From Chloroflexota bacterium (GTDB lineage: Bacteria > Chloroflexota > Dehalococcoidia > Dehalococcoidales > JBDRCY01), in the NCBI GenBank assembly GCA_043821265.1, contig JBDRCY010000001.1, positions 2,497 through 66,496 on the forward strand: DNA of 64,000 nt. The letters run 5' to 3'. Made by a program: the position numbers and the translations under genes. This document shows, piece after piece, positions 61,928-64,000 of the stretch (position 1 is the stretch's first letter; each line of letters begins with the position of its first letter). Below the pieces are notes generated by a model that was not told the origin of the DNA, did not search any database, and saw nothing but the letters and a program-made list of their open reading frames with translations.

Positions 61928-64000
61928 ATGTCGACAAAGTCAAAACCAAAGAAGACAGTTATTTCGGTAACAGGCATGACATGCGCTTCATGTGCCGCCA
62001 CGGTGGAAAAGGGACTTTCCGATGTTACCGGCGTATCCAGCGCCAATGTCAACTTCGCCAGCGAGAAGGCGCAGGTGGAATACGACGCCGGCAAAGTCAG
62101 CGAACGGGAGCTGATAGATACCGTTAAGGGAGCCGGATATGGTGTGGCGCTTGAGAAAAAGACCATAAACATCGGTGGCATGACCTGCGCTTCTTGTGTA
62201 TCCAGCGTTGAGAAAGCCCTGTCTGGAGTACCGGGAGTAATATCAGTTGTCGTTAACCTTGCCACTGAAAAGGCAACCGTTGAGTACCTGGCGAGCCAGG
62301 TCACCCTGGCTGACCTCCGGAAGGCGGTTCAGGGAGCGGGATATAGTATCCGAGAAGAGACTAATAATTTAGAGGGTACTGGGGAAGTCGATGCGGTGGC
62401 CGCCGCTACCCGTCGTGAGCTTCGTACCCTGAAAACGAAGCTCATTGTTGCCGGAACCATCGGCATATATATGCTTCTAACTGCCATCTCCGAACTGAGT
62501 GGGAAATGGATGCCATCGGTTCTATCAAGTCATTATCTGCTCTGGGCATTGGCTACGCCGGTACAGTTCTGGGTTGGCTGGCAGTTCTATCAGGGTTTCT
62601 GGGCTGGGTTGAAGCACAGAAGGGCCAATATGAACACCTTAATTGCGGTGGGGACATCGGCGGCTTACTTCTACAGCGTAGCGGCCGTTATATTCCCCGG
62701 ATTCTTCGTTGCCGGTGGCCGTACAGCCATGGTTTATTTCGACACGGCGGTTATAATTATAGGCCTTATCCTGCTGGGCAGATTCCTGGAAGCCAGGGCT
62801 AAAGGCCAGACTTCAGAGGCGATTAAAAAACTCATTGGCATGGGGGCGAAGACGGCTAGGGTGATTCGTCAAGGTGAGGATTTGGATATACCTATAGATG
62901 AAGTAGTAGTTGGAGATATCGTTATTGTACGGCCGGGAGAGAAAGTACCGGTAGATGGCATCATCAAGGAAGGCTATTCCAGCATCGACGAATCCATGGT
63001 AACGGGTGAGAGTATGCCTGTAGAAAAGAAAGTCGGCGATGAAGTAATCGGTGCCACGATAAATAAAACCGGCAGCTTCAGGTTCGAAGCGACCAAAGTG
63101 GGTAAAGATACTGTTTTAGCTCAGATTATAAAGCTGGTAGAAGAAGCCCAGGGCAGCAAGGCTCCCATTCAGAGAATGGCGGACCTGATCTCGGCCTATT
63201 TTGTTCCAGCGGTGATTGGCATCGGTCTTATCACTTTTGTGTTGTGGTACTTTTTGGGACCGGCACCGGCATTGACCTTCGCCCTGCTTAACTTTGTTGC
63301 GGTGATAATCATCGCCTGCCCGTGTGCCCTCGGGCTGGCTACTCCCACGGCGATTATGGTAGGCACCGGCAAAGGAGCGGAAAATGGTGTCCTCATCCGA
63401 AGTGGCGAGGCCCTGGAGACTGCTCATAAGATAAAAGCAATCATCCTGGATAAGACCGGTACCCTCACCGAAGGAAAGCCCGTAGTGACCGACATTATTG
63501 CTGCTTCAGGTTTTACAGAAGACAACTTGCTTAAGGTGGCCGCCTCAGCTGAGCGTGGTTCCGAGCATCCTCTTGGGGAAGCTATTGTTAATGCCGCCAA
63601 GGAAAGAGGCCTCACACTGTATGACGCCTCAGAGTTTAATGCGATTACAGGCCAGGGCATTAAGGTCAAACTTGATAATAAACAGGTGTTTCTCGGTAAT
63701 CTCAAGCTGATGCAAGACCAGGGACTTTCCCTTAACAGTCTGGACCAGAATGCTCTGCAACTGTCAGGTCAGGGCAAGACTCCCATGTTCCTGGGTATCG
63801 ATGGGCAGGTGGCGGGCATAATCGCTGTGGCCGATACCCTGAAACCGAATTCCAGGGCAACGATAGCGGAACTGCACCGCCAGGGATTGGAAGTGGTGAT
63901 GCTCACCGGAGATAATCAGCGTACTGCTGATGCTATTGCTAAAGCAGTCAGCATAGACCGTGCCCTCGCCGAGGTGCTTCCGGAACACAAATCTCTTGAA
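61928..64000 (+). CDS. copA: Copper-translocating P1B-type ATPase (partial; continues off the right edge)
   Basis: This frame is open from ATG 61928 to the window end, so it is absent from the ORF track. [28 protein letters not shown]... has two HMA domains (GMTCASC twice). It also has the CPC motif ([12 protein letters not shown]) and DKTGTLT. Confidence 0.9.
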   Translation, partial: MSTKSKPKKTVISVTGMTCASCAATVEKGLSDVTGVSSANVNFASEKAQVEYDAGKVSERELIDTVKGAGYGVALEKKTINIGGMTCASCVSSVEKALSGVPGVISVVVNLATEKATVEYLASQVTLADLRKAVQGAGYSIREETNNLEGTGEVDAVAAATRRELRTLKTKLIVAGTIGIYMLLTAISELSGKWMPSVLSSHYLLWALATPVQFWVGWQFYQGFWAGLKHRRANMNTLIAVGTSAAYFYSVAAVIFPGFFVAGGRTAMVYFDTAVIIIGLILLGRFLEARAKGQTSEAIKKLIGMGAKTARVIRQGEDLDIPIDEVVVGDIVIVRPGEKVPVDGIIKEGYSSIDESMVTGESMPVEKKVGDEVIGATINKTGSFRFEATKVGKDTVLAQIIKLVEEAQGSKAPIQRMADLISAYFVPAVIGIGLITFVLWYFLGPAPALTFALLNFVAVIIIACPCALGLATPTAIMVGTGKGAENGVLIRSGEALETAHKIKAIILDKTGTLTEGKPVVTDIIAASGFTEDNLLKVAASAERGSEHPLGEAIVNAAKERGLTLYDASEFNAITGQGIKVKLDNKQVFLGNLKLMQDQGLSLNSLDQNALQLSGQGKTPMFLGIDGQVAGIIAVADTLKPNSRATIAELHRQGLEVVMLTGDNQRTADAIAKAVSIDRALAEVLPEHKSLE

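Noticed and set aside
1-64000. CRISPR arrays, tRNA/rRNA genes, transposases/IS elements, integrases
   Set aside because: No regularly spaced direct repeats were seen in any intergenic gap. No cloverleaf-like GGTTCGAATCC-type T-arm context occurs outside coding sequence. No ORF has transposase or recombinase motifs. tRNAscan, Infernal and ISfinder runs would be needed to confirm this.

Overview
This is a high-GC bacterial chromosomal window: my spot counts of single 60-nt lines give about 53-67% G+C in core genes. There are no rRNA genes, tRNA genes or CRISPR arrays. Gene content suggests an anaerobic Chloroflexota-like organism, but this is inference only. The supporting genes are rpmB / DAK2-YloV / DegV / recG synteny, a DUF5679-type zinc ribbon, a signal-less reductive-dehalogenase homologue, a tungsten-type AOR, UbiD and a TAXI-TRAP transporter.

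Layout:
- (i) 0.3-9.9 kb: an arginine-biosynthesis operon (argJ, argB, argD, argG, argH, then rpe). It is interrupted by a cytoplasmic molybdopterin oxidoreductase and by an unknown membrane-anchored GxSxG protein. A 76-bp tandem duplication of the argB 5' end sits at the oxidoreductase/argB junction.
- (ii) 9.9-15.3 kb: housekeeping genes (rpmB, yloV-like, degV, recG).
- (iii) 15.4-31.6 kb: an accessory metabolic patchwork. It holds a non-respiratory RdhA homologue next to a BtrH_N/DUF4872 protein, a GGCT-like enzyme, two family III CoA-transferases, a split MaoC hydratase, an orphan XDH-family molybdenum subunit, an atypical receiver, a decayed MOFRL gene remnant, and LemA plus an M48 peptidase.
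- (iv) 31.6-51.1 kb: a divergent catabolic island with UbiD, a phosphotriesterase-like hydrolase and a flavoprotein on one strand, and a TPP enzyme, AOR, a GH3-like ligase and a 7TM histidine kinase on the other. It is followed by an OYE/FadH-like reductase, two TatD paralogues (one with a rewired metal-ligand set) and a TAXI-TRAP transporter.
- (v) 51.3-58.4 kb: a truncated prophage remnant. It has a CI-like repressor with an apparently non-canonical S24 dyad, a translationally coupled membrane protein, a Cro-like gene, an unknown protein paired with a DUF5131 three-Cys protein, DnaD-like and DnaC-like replication genes, an AT-rich moron with its own promoter and terminator, and a late-regulator-like gene. 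No integrase or structural genes are present.
- (vi) 58.5-64 kb: a lower-GC mosaic with a Zn-ADH, a class I aldolase, an AT-rich NYN-domain gene faced by a convergent extended -10 promoter, and csoR-copA.

The candidates I consider most worth follow-up are the prophage moron together with the locked repressor module, the TPP-AOR-GH3 arylacetate-like cluster, the RdhA/BtrH-like pair, and the NYN locus.
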